A DNA stretch of 64,000 nucleotides from Octopus vulgaris. Taxonomy: Eukaryota. Where the stretch lies: positions 106,764,001-106,828,000 of the forward strand of contig OX597819.1 in NCBI GenBank assembly GCA_951406725.2. The letters run 5' to 3'. The position numbers were made by a program, and so were the translations under genes. Shown here one piece after another: positions 1 to 14,279 of the stretch. The number at the start of each line of letters is the position of its first letter. Within the stretch, counting starts at the first letter, position 1. The notes beneath the pieces were generated by a model. The model was not told where the DNA came from, ran no database searches, and saw nothing but the letters and a program-made list of their open reading frames with translations.

Positions 1-641
1 CAAGAAACAATAAATCATATTATCTCTAGCTGCCCAGTCTTGGCTAAGAAGGAATATATTCACAGACATGACAGAGTTGGAACCTACATACATTGGAAGC
101 TATGCCAACATTATGGAATAACAACAGAAAAAAGATGGTATAGGCACACACCAGAAAAGGTCACAGAAAACGAGAAAGCAACCATACTCTGGGATATGCC
201 GATACACACAGATAGAGAAATTAAGGCCAACAGACCAGATATAGTTGTCAGAGATCATGAAGAAAAAAATGCTTTCTAACTGATGTATCAATACCGGCTG
301 ATGACAACGTGTCTCTAAAAGAAATGGAGAAACTCTCAAAATACAAAGACCTGGAAATAGAGGTAACTAGAATGTGGAATCTGAAAACAGAAACAATTCC
401 TATCATAGTAGGTGCATTAGGCATGATAAAAAAATATTCTGACAAATACATAACAAAAACACCAGGACTTACAAACACATATAACATACAGAAAATTGCA
501 CTACTAGGCACTGCACACATCCTACGCAGAACACTTTCCATACAATAACCATCAGAGCATCACAACAAATCACAGCACATACCCAAGGCACACAGAGCTG
601 CGCTTGGTAGTGAGTGAAAGCACGCTATAAAAATAAAACTA

Positions 642-645
<4 letters not shown>
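1..645 (+). mobile_element. R4/Dong-type non-LTR retrotransposon 3' end (zinc knuckle remnant, restriction-like endonuclease, 3' UTR)
   Basis: Translation ETINHIISSC...HRHDRV...WDMPIHTDREIKANRPDIV...DVSIP...EKLSKYKDL...QKIALLGTAHILRR*, stop at 546-548. One frameshift in the A-run near 262-269. Followed by a (TAA)n tail. Confidence 0.9.
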
Positions 646-732
<87 letters not shown>

Positions 733-784
733 GTCACTCCCGGATAAATGAAAGGAAGGATTAAAAATAATCCTCTTCAAAATA

Positions 785-837
<53 letters not shown>

Positions 838-899
838 ATAATAATAATAATAATAATAATAACAATAATAATAATAATAGTAATAATAATAATAATAAT
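646..899. repeat. (TAA)n and (TAC)n microsatellite arrays
   Basis: Directly visible; interrupted by a non-repetitive stretch at about 727-783. Confidence 0.95.
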
Positions 900-947
900 A
901 ATAACACCCATTACTTAAGATAGAACAGCGCTATTTAGTTACACTGG

Positions 948-1289
<342 letters not shown>

Positions 1290-1559
1290 TAATGATGATG
1301 ATAATGGTCACTTCCTGATAAGTGTTTGAAAGAAAGGATTAAAAATAACAGAAGCTTCATCTATTTGCCATGGATACGTTAATGCAATTTGTGTCCAGGT
1401 ATGAATTTTGTTATGAAGATAAAATGGGGTCAATAATGATCTTGATTTTGTCCGGAATTGGACAAATGTGTCTGCTGATTGCAGGATATAAATATTTAAT
1501 TTTTCTGTTTCTTCAATTGCAATTGCTTTGATGCGTCATGACATATTTTGAGCCATCCA

Positions 1560-2360
1560 AGTCGTTCTTTCAGAGCTTCACAATTAAGGAAGATGCGGAA
1601 GATCCAATCTCAGAAGAGATAAATACTGCTATTAAAATATTTCCAATGGTAAAGCTCCTGGACAAGATTGTATTCCCTTAGAAGTGTACAAGCATGGTGG
1701 TAGACAACTTGTAAGAAATGCTGCAAGCGTGATTCTTCGCCACAACAGTAAGAATGTATTAAACAGAATATGTCCTAAACCCCAACGTAGAGAAGCTAGG
1801 GAGAGGCACAGTTGTTATGAGGTAAGTTGAAGAGAAGTCACGTGAATAAAATGCTGATTTATACATGGTCTTTGTCGACTTGGCCAATGCATTTGTTAGT
1901 GGATCGTGAGGTGCTTTGGAAAATTTTGGTAAAATTTGGTTTTCCTGATAAATGATAAAGACAATATTGTCGTTGCACGAAAGAACGATAGCAACAGTGA
2001 TATCCAATTGACGATGTTCAGCGGTATCTTCTGTTTCCAGTGTAACTAAATAGCGCTGTTCTATCTTAAGTAATGGGTGTTATTCTTTTCGAAGTTGCTC
2101 TAACATGCTTCTATATGTTACTATGAAGGTGTAAAATTCCAGTTTCGCACACACGGAGGTCTACCAAACTTAAATGGGCAATGTTTCAGATCAAAGAAGG
2201 AGTTAAAAAAAAGGTTTTCTATCCGATATTCTGCCCCCTTACGATTGCGCGTTGATTTCTCACACATTCGAAGGACTTCAGGAAATAATTCACAAGTTAG
2301 CTGCAACAACTCATGAATTTGGAATGATCATCAGTATTAAGACGAGTGAAGTCTTATTCC
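1560..2360 (+). mobile_element. Degraded RTE-clade LINE reverse transcriptase fragment
   Basis: Broken motifs NGKAPGQDCIPLEVYKHGG (~1645-1701), DLYMVFVDLANAF (~1856-1894) and LISHTFEGLQEIIHKLAATTHEFGMIISIKTSEV (~2252-2355); stops and frameshifts throughout. Confidence 0.8.
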
Positions 2361-2374
2361 ATAATAATAATAAC

Positions 2375-2505
<131 letters not shown>

Positions 2506-2647
2506 GGCCTGAAATCTAGGGGACTAGCCGATTACATCGACCCCAATGTACTTAAATTATTGATCCCGAAAAGATGAAAAGCAAAGTCGAACCCGGCGGA
2601 TTTTGAACTCAGAATGTTGCGTTAAGCATTTGGTCTGGCGTGCTAAT
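2506..2647 (-). mobile_element. tRNA-derived SINE family A, partial
   Basis: Reverse complement matches the copies at 43569 and 48022 (ttctgagttcaaa...gtcgactttgc.tttcatc). Confidence 0.75.
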
Positions 2648-2680
2648 AATAACAACAACAACAACAACAACAACAACAAT

Positions 2681-2732
<52 letters not shown>

Positions 2733-3194
2733 GTAATGATAATTCTATTAATTTACCACCAGTGCGAAGAATGAGGGTGACAACACAAAACAGACATAAA
2801 GTGTGGGTTTTTGATATAATGAAATGATAGAATAAATAAATTATAATAATAAAAAAGGTTAAGTATACACGGGACACAGCGAAAAGAATGGGAAATATAC
2901 ATAGTACACAAAGGTTAACAAAAAATGTGGGTGACAGAGATGTAATCCTCCTGATTCAAGATGACCTCAAGGGAAAATCTAGAAATTCCACAACCGAAAA
3001 TCTCCTTGAACACCAACGGCCTGTGCCCTCTGCAATTCTCTTTCTCCGAGTTACATGTCTACACATAGTGAGGTACCACCCACTCATGCCATTTTCGCAA
3101 TAAAAAATCATAATGATAAGAGACACAAGGCCTGAATTTATTTTTTTTAGGCGTGGCTTTTCGATTACATTCACTCCAGTGCTCAACTGGAAGG

Positions 3195-3384
3195 AGAAGA
3201 AGAAGAAGAAGAAGAAGAAGAAGAAGAAGAAGAAGAAGAGGAGGAGGAGGAGGAGAGGAAGAAGAAGAGGAGGAGGATAAGGAGGAAGAAGAAGAAGAAG
3301 AAGAAGAAAAAGAAAAACAGGAAGAGGAGGAGGTGGAAGAAGAAGAAGAAGAAGAAGAAGAAGAAGAAGAAGAAGAAGAAGAAG

Positions 3385-3413
<29 letters not shown>
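3195..3413. repeat. (GAA)n/(GAG)n purine microsatellite
   Basis: Directly visible. Confidence 0.95.
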
Positions 3414-3415
<2 letters not shown>

Positions 3416-4469
3416 GCTGTTTACTTCTGATTACGGCACAAGTCTACCCAGAAGCGGTGTTCGGTGATATAGTGTGCCCCGGTACTTGACTGGTGGTTTA
3501 TTTTATTGACTACAAAAGATTAAACGGTAAAGTTGGCCAATGTGAGATTTCGAAATCAATATATGCACAATGTGACATATATGTCTCGAAGAAAGAGTCG
3601 ATTATATCGACATCAGATATAGACCTTTACATACTCTATCGAACCACTAATGATAATACTAATTACTATCATTACCGATTTAGCCAGTCATGATTTTCGC
3701 TTTTATTCCCTGGTTTATATTTCACTATGAATAATATACAGCTGTCGATTAAATTCTTGCTATGTCGGCACGTGGCAATATAAATACGCTAACGCTCTCT
3801 CTGATAACCCTCGCGGCCGCTGCCACCATCATCATAACCATCATCACTACTACCACCATAACCATCATCAACAAAATACCACCAATACCAGCGCCAGCAC
3901 CTCCTCTTTCCTTACATCGGCATTTTCCTCATCTGTCGTCCCACAATCAAAGTCATCATCATTAATAATACCTACAACCATATTCCTCATCAATCTTTAT
4001 CCGTTGGCGTCCTGGGCGTCGGCATCATCGTCCCCGTCGTCATCATCGTCCCCGTCGTCATCATGTTCCCCACCACTATTACCATCATCGCCATCATTAC
4101 CGTCATTATCATCAGCAGCAGCAGCATCAACAATATCATCATCACTATCACTATCATCTAATTCATCATCATAATCATTTCCATCATAACCATCACCATA
4201 GTTATAATCATCAAGGTCGTCGTTGCGGCGTCGTTGTCGTCACCATGTTTCTTATACACAACATCAGTATCGGATCTGTTTTATCGTGGTTATATTTCCT
4301 CGTATCGTTAATCGCTACATCATTATTTCAACACAGGAGATCGTTATCAGGAGGCATATTTTCTTTCCTTTGTCCGAATTCTGATTTCTATTCAGACATG
4401 AAATGTTCGATGATATTTCATAATTTGATTATTTCATTTCTTGGATACAGTGGGACTGTTTGTGTGAGA

Positions 4470-4576
4470 ATCAGAAAGAGAGACAGAAACAGAGAGAGAG
4501 ACAGAGAGAGAGAAAATACTAATACGCAAGCGTGCGCGTGTGTGTATATATATATGTATAAATGTGTGTATATTTA

Positions 4577-4620
<44 letters not shown>

Positions 4621-4640
4621 TTATGCATGTATGTATGTTG

Positions 4641-4688
<48 letters not shown>

Positions 4689-5000
4689 CACGTATGGTTG
4701 TATATACTTAAATATATATATAGTAATAGCAACAATAATCCTTGGATGGAATTTACGCACACACACACACGCACGCACACACACACACACACATATATGT
4801 GTGTCTATGTATATATCTACGTATATAGATTGACATATATTGATATACATAATTATATAATCATATATTACATATGCACAAATATATATAATACATTTAT
4901 TATCTTTACATGTCATGTCTATAAATATTCAGACATACACACATACACACATACACACATAAACATATATATTATATGTATTACACACACACAGCTACAT

Positions 5001-5036
<36 letters not shown>

Positions 5037-5075
5037 GTGTATATATATATATATGTATATATATATATGTATATA

Positions 5076-5139
<64 letters not shown>

Positions 5140-5145
5140 TATATA
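4470..5145. repeat. Compound (GA)/(TA)/(TG)/(CA) microsatellite field
   Basis: Directly visible. Confidence 0.9.
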
Positions 5146-5613
5146 TTTACATGACATTATATCGTGTGTCGATAAAGGAAACTTTACCATAAGTTGTCGG
5201 GGAGGACTTTCAATCGAATCTTAATACTTCGTCATCATTGTGATTGGCAACGGAGCGATTAAGGCATTAATAGTTTGCTCTCACGAAGACGAGATCATAT
5301 ATTTAGATGTACTTTGAATCTAAATTCATCTGTATGGTGCCAAACAGAGACAGGACTGAATAGGTCTCAATTGTAATGTATTGCTATAAAGCTTTGTTAA
5401 TAAATCTTTCTCTTAGAATATCGGTATTAATCATCGGGACACTTTGGATATTATATTATATCTTAGAAATGAATTCATTTCAAAATGGACACCTTGTCTC
5501 CCAATATTAGATGTATGTATATATATGTGCATTAAAGTATGTACGCGTATGTTGAATTTTGCATATCTATCCAAACACACGCACATACATACATACATAC
5601 ATACATACATACA

Positions 5614-5644
<31 letters not shown>

Positions 5645-5731
5645 CTACATTCACACACCCTTGCAGATGCCATATCCCTCAATAATCTCTCGAATTTTAA
5701 ACAACAACAATAATGACAGGAAGGATACTAC

Positions 5732-5804
<73 letters not shown>

Positions 5805-5949
5805 TGATTACCATCATCGCCGTCGTCCTTGTTATCGTCGTTATCATCGTTAACGTCGCTGTCGTTCTTTCCGAGACGGTTACGAACAATAATTGTCTAC
5901 GTCGTCGACGGCGCGCCACGCCTCTGCAAAAGGTCACTACTGACAACTG

Positions 5950-7420
5950 AAATACAGAGACTAATGTGTGCTTGCGCAGTGGACAAACCGCCAGTAAATC
6001 TTTGGTCTATGAGCTTTATGTTTATATACCAAACTCGCGTTGTGACCTCTCGGCAGACGTCAGCTGCGTCTAGCTACAGACTAGAATCCCCACTTCTATG
6101 CACCGAGACATTCAATTTTAAAAATGGAGGCCAAGAGATAGAATGTCGTAGATACTTTCCAGCCCATAATCCTGATAAATGCATAATTTATGATTTCGAC
6201 GAAAGTGTCAGTACGGTGATCGGCACTTGTCGTTAAAGGCTGGATCGTATCTATGCATAGTAGCACTTGCTTGTTGGGAGGCGGGTGAAGTAAATCGGTA
6301 TATGTGAATGACATCACTGCAATGGTTTCGGACACCACGGACGGAGAATTAGTTAGAAGTCCTTTCTAATAGATAGAAGGTCATGTACGAGTTAATATAA
6401 ATCTGGACATATCTGCGGCTTTGTGGGTCGGAACACCATCCTAGGTTGTTCAACAGAGAACCTATTTAAAATCCTTTGGATCCAGTTGAGTCCTGATCCC
6501 CAAGTGGCTAGAAACTGGGACGACGCTATATGCAAGGTGACAGTCTCAATGAGAAATCTGCTGAGAATAAGCGGTGTTTTAAATGTCGAGCAGAGGTGGC
6601 GAATGCCGACATAACCTCCGTCATAACTTACCAACTCATCTTAGTGCGTTGTCCAGGCCTTGCTTGGCTAGACCGGCTACCCTATGAATGTAGGCTTTGC
6701 GTGGCTCCGCGGCATATAACCAAGCACACACTGAAGCTGCCTCGACGACAGATTTTTCCGGACGTTGAGCAGGTTCGGTTTGAGTTAGTAACACTTATTT
6801 TCCGGATAACATCTCTTTGAAGAGACTTCAATCCTGGGTTGAGGAAAAAAATTCATATTGGGCACCTAACACCTGGAATGTCTTGAGGAACTCATGGGAG
6901 AAATGCCTTTTGTAAGAGTTCCATATTCTTGGTCTGGCAGTAATACCAAGATCAATAAGTAATACAAAGATCAAATAATTTCATACAAAATCAGCAGTCA
7001 CAGAAGTGCCACCAAGCGGAGCTATTTGAGATAGGTGTAGAAAGGGGAAACCATACTGCTTGCATCCGTGTTGTGTCGGAGCATTTTTGACATGTAAAAT
7101 GCTGTCGAACAGCAACTGTCGCATATAGGACCATGGGACTCTTGGCCGAATCTATCGTGAGAATCACTCTACCACATGCGTTTAAGAAGACGAAGCAGAC
7201 GTACTTCCTGTCTGTGGAGGCTATGGGGAAAGAGCTTGTGCAGTGATTACGATATAAAGGACTGAAACATATACGTCCCTATCCGACACAGCTCTCGCCG
7301 GTCTTTTCAAATTCGACATTGGATGGAAATAAAGATAAAGAGAGTACTGCTCTTCCTCAGTGAGTTTATCAAAAAATGGCTCACTGAGACAAAACTTGAT
7401 GGAGTGAATGGGAATATTCT
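5950..7420 (+). mobile_element. Highly degraded L1/Tx1-type ORF2 (RT and C-terminal region)
   Basis: Collinear similarity to the minus-strand copy at 52820-54770: YVNDITAMVS vs HADDVTVIVS; KILWIQLSPDPQVARNW vs KVLGVWFGPDIEMENW; VANADITSVITYQL vs VANAYIASVIDYRL; AESIVRITLPHAF vs AESNVTIAPPPSF. Confidence 0.75.
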
Positions 7421-7703
7421 AAGCATGTCTCTATAAATTAGAAAACACGATCGCTTGTCCCCTTGGTGTTGAGGCTGAGTCTGGCTCTGGAATATTTTGG
7501 TTGGTCCTAGTATCAGTAGGAGTGTATGACATGCGTCATTCTATATTTTGTGTGGTGTGTATTCATTGCATCTAATGTCATCCTTCCATCCCTCTTCTTT
7601 TCTTTTTCATCGAAATCTCCGATTAATTGAATTGTATGGTGTTTTTTTGTACTGTACTTCTCATGAGAACCCGTTCTTGCAAATGAAATAAATACTGCGC
7701 TTA

Positions 7704-7863
7704 AACGATGAAATAGGTACCAGTTACGCACTGGGATCAATGTAATCGACTAAACCTCTCGCCCAGAATTCCAGGCCTAGTGTCTATAGTAGAAAGGATT
7801 CTTCTTCTTCTTCTTCTTCTTCTTCTTCTTCTTCTTCTTCTTCTTCTTCTTCTTCTTCTTCTT

Positions 7864-7893
<30 letters not shown>
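7704..7893 (+). mobile_element. SINE family A 3' part with (CTT)n tail
   Basis: gtaccagttacgcactggg...aatcgact...tagtagaaaggatt, then (CTT)n. Confidence 0.7.
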
Positions 7894-7894
<1 letters not shown>

Positions 7895-8027
7895 GTAGTA
7901 GTCTTATTTATATAACGTGCTTTAACTGCAATACCGAGCGCAGTACTGCAATACTGTGTGCCTTAGGTATGTACTGTGGTTTGCTGTGATGCTCTTATCC
8001 TCAACTTCCCGATTGTTATTATTGGGT

Positions 8028-8133
<106 letters not shown>

Positions 8134-8235
8134 TAATAATGATGATGATGATGATGATAATAATGATAATACTACTAATAATAATTATTATTATTACTAT
8201 TATTATTATTGTTATTGTTGTTGTTGTTGTTGTTG

Positions 8236-8321
<86 letters not shown>

Positions 8322-8329
8322 TTTATTGC

Positions 8330-8495
8330 AGCTAGCTGGCGGAATTGTTAGGGCGCTGGAAGAAATGCATCTAAGCATCTCGTCCGTCTTTACGTTCTGA
8401 GTTCAAATTCCGCCCAGGTTAAATTAGTCTTTCATCTACTCGGAGCGATACAATAGGTACCAGTCGATATAATAGTCTAACCCTCCCACCAAATT
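8330..8495 (+). mobile_element. SINE family A
   Basis: gctggcggaattgttag...ttacgttctgagttcaaattccgcc, a tRNA-like B-box region shared with other copies. Confidence 0.75.
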
Positions 8496-9703
8496 CAATA
8501 GTAGTAGTAGTGGTAATTGTGGTAGTAGATTATAAACAGGAATGACAAAAGCAAATACGTCACTAAAAGCGAAAATTATACTTCTGCAGCAACAGCAGCA
8601 TTAGACGGTGATGCTGGCGACGATGACAAGGAGAATATATTGATGATGATAGCAGTCAACTTTCTGACGAAGGTGATGATTGGTGGTGATGGCGGTGCTG
8701 CTTCTGATGATGATGGCGATGATGATGATGATGACGACGACGACAATGACGGCAATGATAGTCGTTCAGCCGACGGTTTGATTAACCACATTGCAAAGTT
8801 GCCTGACAGCTCAGCAAAATATCCATTAGCCATCAGTGAAGACAGCATCAACCTAGAAAGAAAGAGGGGGAAAATAAATAAAGCAAAACAAAACACATAT
8901 AAAATTAAGTAAAAAATAAATGAATACATATAAAAAAAAAATAAGTAAAAAAAAATAAATTTAAAAAGTACAAATAATAACCAAACAGAAAATAACGAAG
9001 AAAATCAATGTGAATAACAAATTAGGTAACTTACGTTTATTTTCTTTCTTTTGATTTTTTAGCGTGTTTAACTTAACATACCTTACGTATAATTAATGTT
9101 TTCAATAGCTGCTGAACCTCAAACCTATGTAAACGTAAACAGCAACAGTTAGCATTACACAAATCATATGAGAATGATATATATATATTCAGATGGAAAT
9201 AAAGTAAAATTTTCCTTCACAAAGGAAAACATTATTACCTAGACAAAAAATTATAGAAGACGAATGTAGGCTGTGCATTAGATTATATTTTTACACTTTT
9301 CCTCTCTTTTACTAATTTCAGACTATATAACGACAGCCGTGCTGGGACGCCGTTATTGCTCTATGTAATAGTCGATGTCGTAAATAAAAATTTAAGGCAT
9401 GGTGCTTGATTCCACAACCCACACGCCCACACATGCTCACACACACACTCATACGTAGAGGCAAGACCAAAGATTACGAATATATATTATATAAGTATGT
9501 ATACATATTTTCGTATGTTTATGCATGTATCGAAGTACATAATAATATATATGTGTCTGTGTGAGTGGGTGTGGGTGTGTGGGTGTTTTGTGTGTGTGTG
9601 TGTGTGTGTATAATACGTATATTAATAATAAAACATATTACCTCCGGTATTCGAGTACTATTTTTTCCCACCTTGTTTCACATTTATGTGCTTACTCTGG
9701 TAG

Positions 9704-9731
<28 letters not shown>

Positions 9732-9735
<4 letters not shown>

Positions 9736-9790
9736 TACCACCATGCTGAAAATAGTAGCCATGATAGATCATGAAAATAGTATCCGCCAA

Positions 9791-9824
<34 letters not shown>

Positions 9825-9863
9825 ATACGATCATGGCTGCTATTTTCAGCATGGTGGTATCTC
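9732..9863. repeat. 34-bp inverted repeat (9732-9765 / 9830-9863, 1 mismatch) around a (TA)n-containing spacer
   Basis: gagataccaccatgctgaaaatagtagccatgat vs atcatggctgctattttcagcatggtggtatctc. Confidence 0.9.
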
Positions 9864-9889
9864 GTAGATACCCTAATTTATAATTTTAA

Positions 9890-9947
<58 letters not shown>

Positions 9948-9966
9948 CCATTCTTGTTGCTTTTTT

Positions 9967-9999
<33 letters not shown>

Positions 10000-10559
10000 C
10001 ATACATATATTTATACACATATATGTATGTGTGTATTTCCATGTGTGCGCGTATAATTATATACGTATTCATATGCATATGTGTGTGTACACGTGCATTC
10101 ACAATCATCTAATATGTAATATAAATATAGTAAAGCAATGTGAAGAAACTATTACCAGAAGACAACAAGTAGACATGTTACATCTCGTCAGCCATGGGGA
10201 CCAGAATCAGTTTGATGCTGTCATATGTGAATCTAGAGGCAACTCTTCTTTGTGCCTTTGAACACAGGACATCTCTGTGTTGGTGTACATGCCAAAGACA
10301 GAAAACCCAAATACATGGCAACTATATATGAGAAAAGAAAAAGTTAAGAAAGACGATAGATCCATTAATGAGTGTCGAATTTCTACTAGTGCAAAGAGCA
10401 GAAAAAATAGAATACAACGAAAATGCTTGTGCGAGTGAGTGTACAGAAAACAGACATTTGTCATAGCAGGAGCTTCATGGATGAAAATTTTAGAGAGGTA
10501 CAGAAAATAATCTAAATGTAAATATGATCACCTGATTCACAGAACAGATCGTAAATGAG

Positions 10560-13228
10560 AAGGATATTTACAAACATCACAATATGAGTAGCCACCGCAC
10601 TTTATAGACGCACACACACACGCACACTCATACGTGTCAGTTACTAGCCCCTATTCAGGCACACATTTACACATTCACACACTCCATTCTCACATACATA
10701 CTCATGCAAAGGCACCTTCATTTGGGATCATCAGCACTTTGTTATCTCACTTTCTTTCAACCTCTCCTTTTGAACGTTTTACTATTCACTTGCCATGCTG
10801 GACCACTATATTTACAAGTTTTTTTTCATTCTCGCTTGGTTTATTTCCTCTTATTCCTTTCTACTGAAGAGTGTAGGCTCGAAACGTAAAAGACTTTTTC
10901 ATTTTCCTGAGCATCAAACTAATATACCTCCTTGTTGTTCATACGCTTGTCTTCGTCTTTTTTTTTTTTAATAAATTTCAATTATATATTATACGTTCAC
11001 GTGGTCACCCCACTTTTATCCTGCCTTAACCTCTTACTCTTTGGACATGCATATCCTCATCTAAATACTAGCACTCCATCCGGATTACCACTGTATGTAC
11101 TGATTCTAATTTCACGAGTTTGACTGGATTTTTTCGTTAATGTAAATCGCGCCGATCTATCATGACACTTGAACTTTTTGAACTCTGATCTCTTTAAACT
11201 TTCTGAACTTTCATACTCAGTACCGTACGTAAACATTTTGCCTTTCTCTCTCCTTTTCTTTTTTTCTTCTCTTTTTCTCTGCTTTTCTCCTTTTTTTCTT
11301 CTCTTCATGTCTTTTGAACTTTTTGAACATTCATACTCCGTACCTTATTATTTTGCCTTTCTCATCCATTTTCTTTTTTCTCCTTTTCCCATCATATCTA
11401 ATTACAAATCCTTCCTCCACCACCTTCACCACCGCCTAAAGAAACACCTTTCTACGCTTCCTTTCCGCTGCTTTCAACCTTCTACTAATCTTTTTCTACT
11501 GATTTTCAAAAGAACATGCTTCTGTAGTCATGTTTCTTTCTGAGTTGCTGCCTTCACCACCACCTTATCTCAAAAAGGTTCCGCCCCCATTTCCACCCCA
11601 CTTTCCATCCTCCTCTCTCTCCTCTTAGCCTTCCAGTGCCTCCACCACCCTCCAACATCTAACTCATGCACCTTCTCCCCACTTCAGTCTGCTGTTACCA
11701 TCCATCCTGATCTTCCATTCTCTGAAGCGGAGCGCTCTCTTCTAAGAATGGTTCTGCGCTTCTTCCTCCTCACTCCATCCAGTAATGAATTTCAGATACG
11801 CGCTGATATTCGTAGCTTTGTTCGCAGCATCAGGCTATATGCACTATTACACAGCACTCCACTTGCATCTAATGAAGAAGTCTACTTCACCGACTTGGGC
11901 CGCCAACCATCCCACTGGACGCCAGCTCCAGGCCAGCTCCAAGCAGTTGATCATTTTGCAAGCATCTGTTAACGTGTTGTGGACCGGTTCGACTTTCTTA
12001 GGCGTCCTCGCCATTTCAACATCTCCCCAGCCGACGCCTCAAAAGTATCATCATAAAACTGGATGAACAGGGTAGAGCCGTGGTGGTGTGACATGCAGAC
12101 ATCTACAAGGCTGAAGCTCTATGTCAACTTCGAGACACCTCCTTCTATTGCCCTCGGTCCCCCAGCCCCACGTCTGACTACCAATAGACTGTGTCTTCCA
12201 CTATCCATGATCTCCTCATTTCCTCCGCCCGTCCTCTTCCCAGCGCCTCCAACCACATTGTCCGTACTCTTTCTACTTCCCTTTTGGCTCCTCTAAACTT
12301 CTCTTCCCTCTTGATATCAAGTGTTTATATACGGTGATCCCACACAATCTAGGATTTCTTGCACTCAAGCATTTTCTGGAACTTCGACCTAACCCCCAAC
12401 CTGACACCTCTAAAGTACTATGTCGGGCCTAACTTGTTCTCGCCTTCACCTGCTTCTCGTTTGCGGTGCAGTTTTACCAACAAGTCTCGGCAGTGGGTCC
12501 CAACTATGCGAACATGTTCGTTGGCTATGCTGAGGCCCAAATATTCTCACGATTCACTCCTGAAATATGCGGTCGTTATATCGATGATTGTATCGGCGTG
12601 ACATCACTCTCCCTCGAAAAACTAGACTCCTCCCTCTCTTTTGTCCAATCCTTCCATCCTGCCCTCGAATTGTCCTGCACTATTTCTAATTCTTCCGTCG
12701 AATTTCTCGAAATTTCTGTCAGTATACACCACTCCGATATTCCGACCTCTATCTACAACAAACACACCGACTCACCCTCCTACCTTAACTTTTCCACCTC
12801 CAACCCTATCTACACCAAGCTCTCCATCCAATACTACCAGTTCGTCTGTTTGCGCAGTTCATCTGTCTCAACTCGTGTCTCGCCGCTTCACATTTCTGGG
12901 ATATCCCCTCACCACTATCCACACTGTCCTTGCCAGAGCACGTTCCGTGAACCTTTCCCTTGCTCTTTCTCTCCGCACCCGTTGCTCGTCTCCCGTTTCC
13001 CCACCTATAACCCTTCCACACTGTCCCTCTAACGCAACTTTCTTCGAGCCTTCAGGCGACTCCATTTCGACCCCTCCAACTCGCATATCTTCCCCAACCT
13101 ACGCCTTCCCTCCTTCAAACGAACCCATAAACTGCGTGTAGACTTTCTGGTCCATAGTTTATTCTCATCTCCCAGCCTGGATCGTTCCTCTGCTCCCACC
13201 CACGCTGCCGTACTTGCCCCTACCTCAA
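10560..13228 (+). mobile_element. Penelope-like retroelement, degraded (pseudo-LTR, RT, start of endonuclease linker)
   Basis: PDLPFSEAERSLL (~11706), LFPLDIKCLYTVIPH (~12301), GPNYANMFVGY...GRYIDDCIG (ORF 12466-13032), CSHPRCRTCPYL (~13191-13226). The pLTR-like segment 10800-10990 is shared with 40500-40650. The 5' boundary is uncertain. Confidence 0.85.
10857..10892 (+). ncRNA. Minimal type I hammerhead-ribozyme-like motif (degenerate) in PLE pseudo-LTR
   Basis: cttt-CTACTGA-a-gagt(gtag)gctc-GAAAC-GTA-aaag. The topology matches minimal PLE hammerheads; the core deviates from CUGANGA. Confidence 0.5.
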
Positions 13229-13299
13229 GGTAGTCAATTCTTTGACAATATTATTCTTATTGTCATTATTATGAAAGCCTCTCGGTTAGTTCTTAATTA

Positions 13300-13610
13300 C
13301 CGTTTATTCATTACTTGAAAACAAGCAACAACAAATCACCAAATGTTTCAAGTACTGCCTTCTCCTGTAACTCAAAGAGACCATACTCTCTTTAGAATGT
13401 GAGCTATACCCAACAATGCTGTCTTCTGGATCACTTCGATTCTAACAACAGCTCCAATATTCTTAATATGTTTTTCAAAGCCTTTAGAAACTGCTCCGAA
13501 TGCTCCAATTACCACCGGTATCACCATTACTTTCTTCGTGCCCCATAAATTTCCTATCTCATCCTGCAGTGGCGGGTATTTCCTTTCCTTCTTTCTTTCT
13601 TTCTTATTTT
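13300..13610 (-). mobile_element. R4/Dong-type RLE retrotransposon 3' fragment (different, older family)
   Basis: Minus strand reads ERKYPPLQDEIGNLWGTKKVMVIPVVIGAFGAV...IQKTALLGIAHILKRVWSL*. Confidence 0.85.
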
Positions 13611-14279
13611 GTGTATGATGAATTTCTTCTCCGGAGATGCTGGATATATTTCGGCTGAAACTACTTGAAGAAATCAGCTATATGTAGACTCAGCCTGTTA
13701 GAAATAGCAGTCGTATCCCAGTCTACTTTTTTCAGGAAATATAAAATAAATTTAAATAAGTGAAGCAGAAAAGTCGAACAAAAGAAACAAAGAGAAAAAA
13801 ATCTCCTGAGACATTTTCTTCACTCCTCTTCTCGTTTGCCTAACAAAATGTTCATTTAGAAAAAAAATAAAGTTCAAAACAGTAATACAAGAAACAAGAA
13901 AACAAGAAAGCCAACCTCCATCTTTCAAGAACTTCTTTAAATTTTATAGATAGTCTACACCGCCGTGATTCATGCCCACCGCCTTTATTAATGGTAAACA
14001 AACATCAGCCATGTTTTGGAAACGCATAACAGCAGTTGATGAATTGAGTTGATGAAAAGAAAAAAAAAATAAATAAGCAAGAAATATGGTATTCGCTTTT
14101 CAAAGTAACCTAAACGCATGAGAAACATTCTTTATCATTCTTTGTAATTTGTAGTCCAAAACTGTCAAGACATTTATTTTATTATTTTTTTCCACTCGGT
14201 TCCGGTTGCTTTTATAAAGAGCAAACGTGTCGACAAATACATCATACTGTTTGTGATGATCATGAGCATTATTATCGAT

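Noticed and set aside
3153-5946. Poly-E, poly-N, IY/HT-repeat and poly-V ORFs (and similar ORFs across the window)
   Set aside because: Microsatellite translations with no domain content.
8576-8929. ORFs with poly-D / poly-S tracts
   Set aside because: Decayed (GAT)n/(GAC)n repeat; no splice or homology support.
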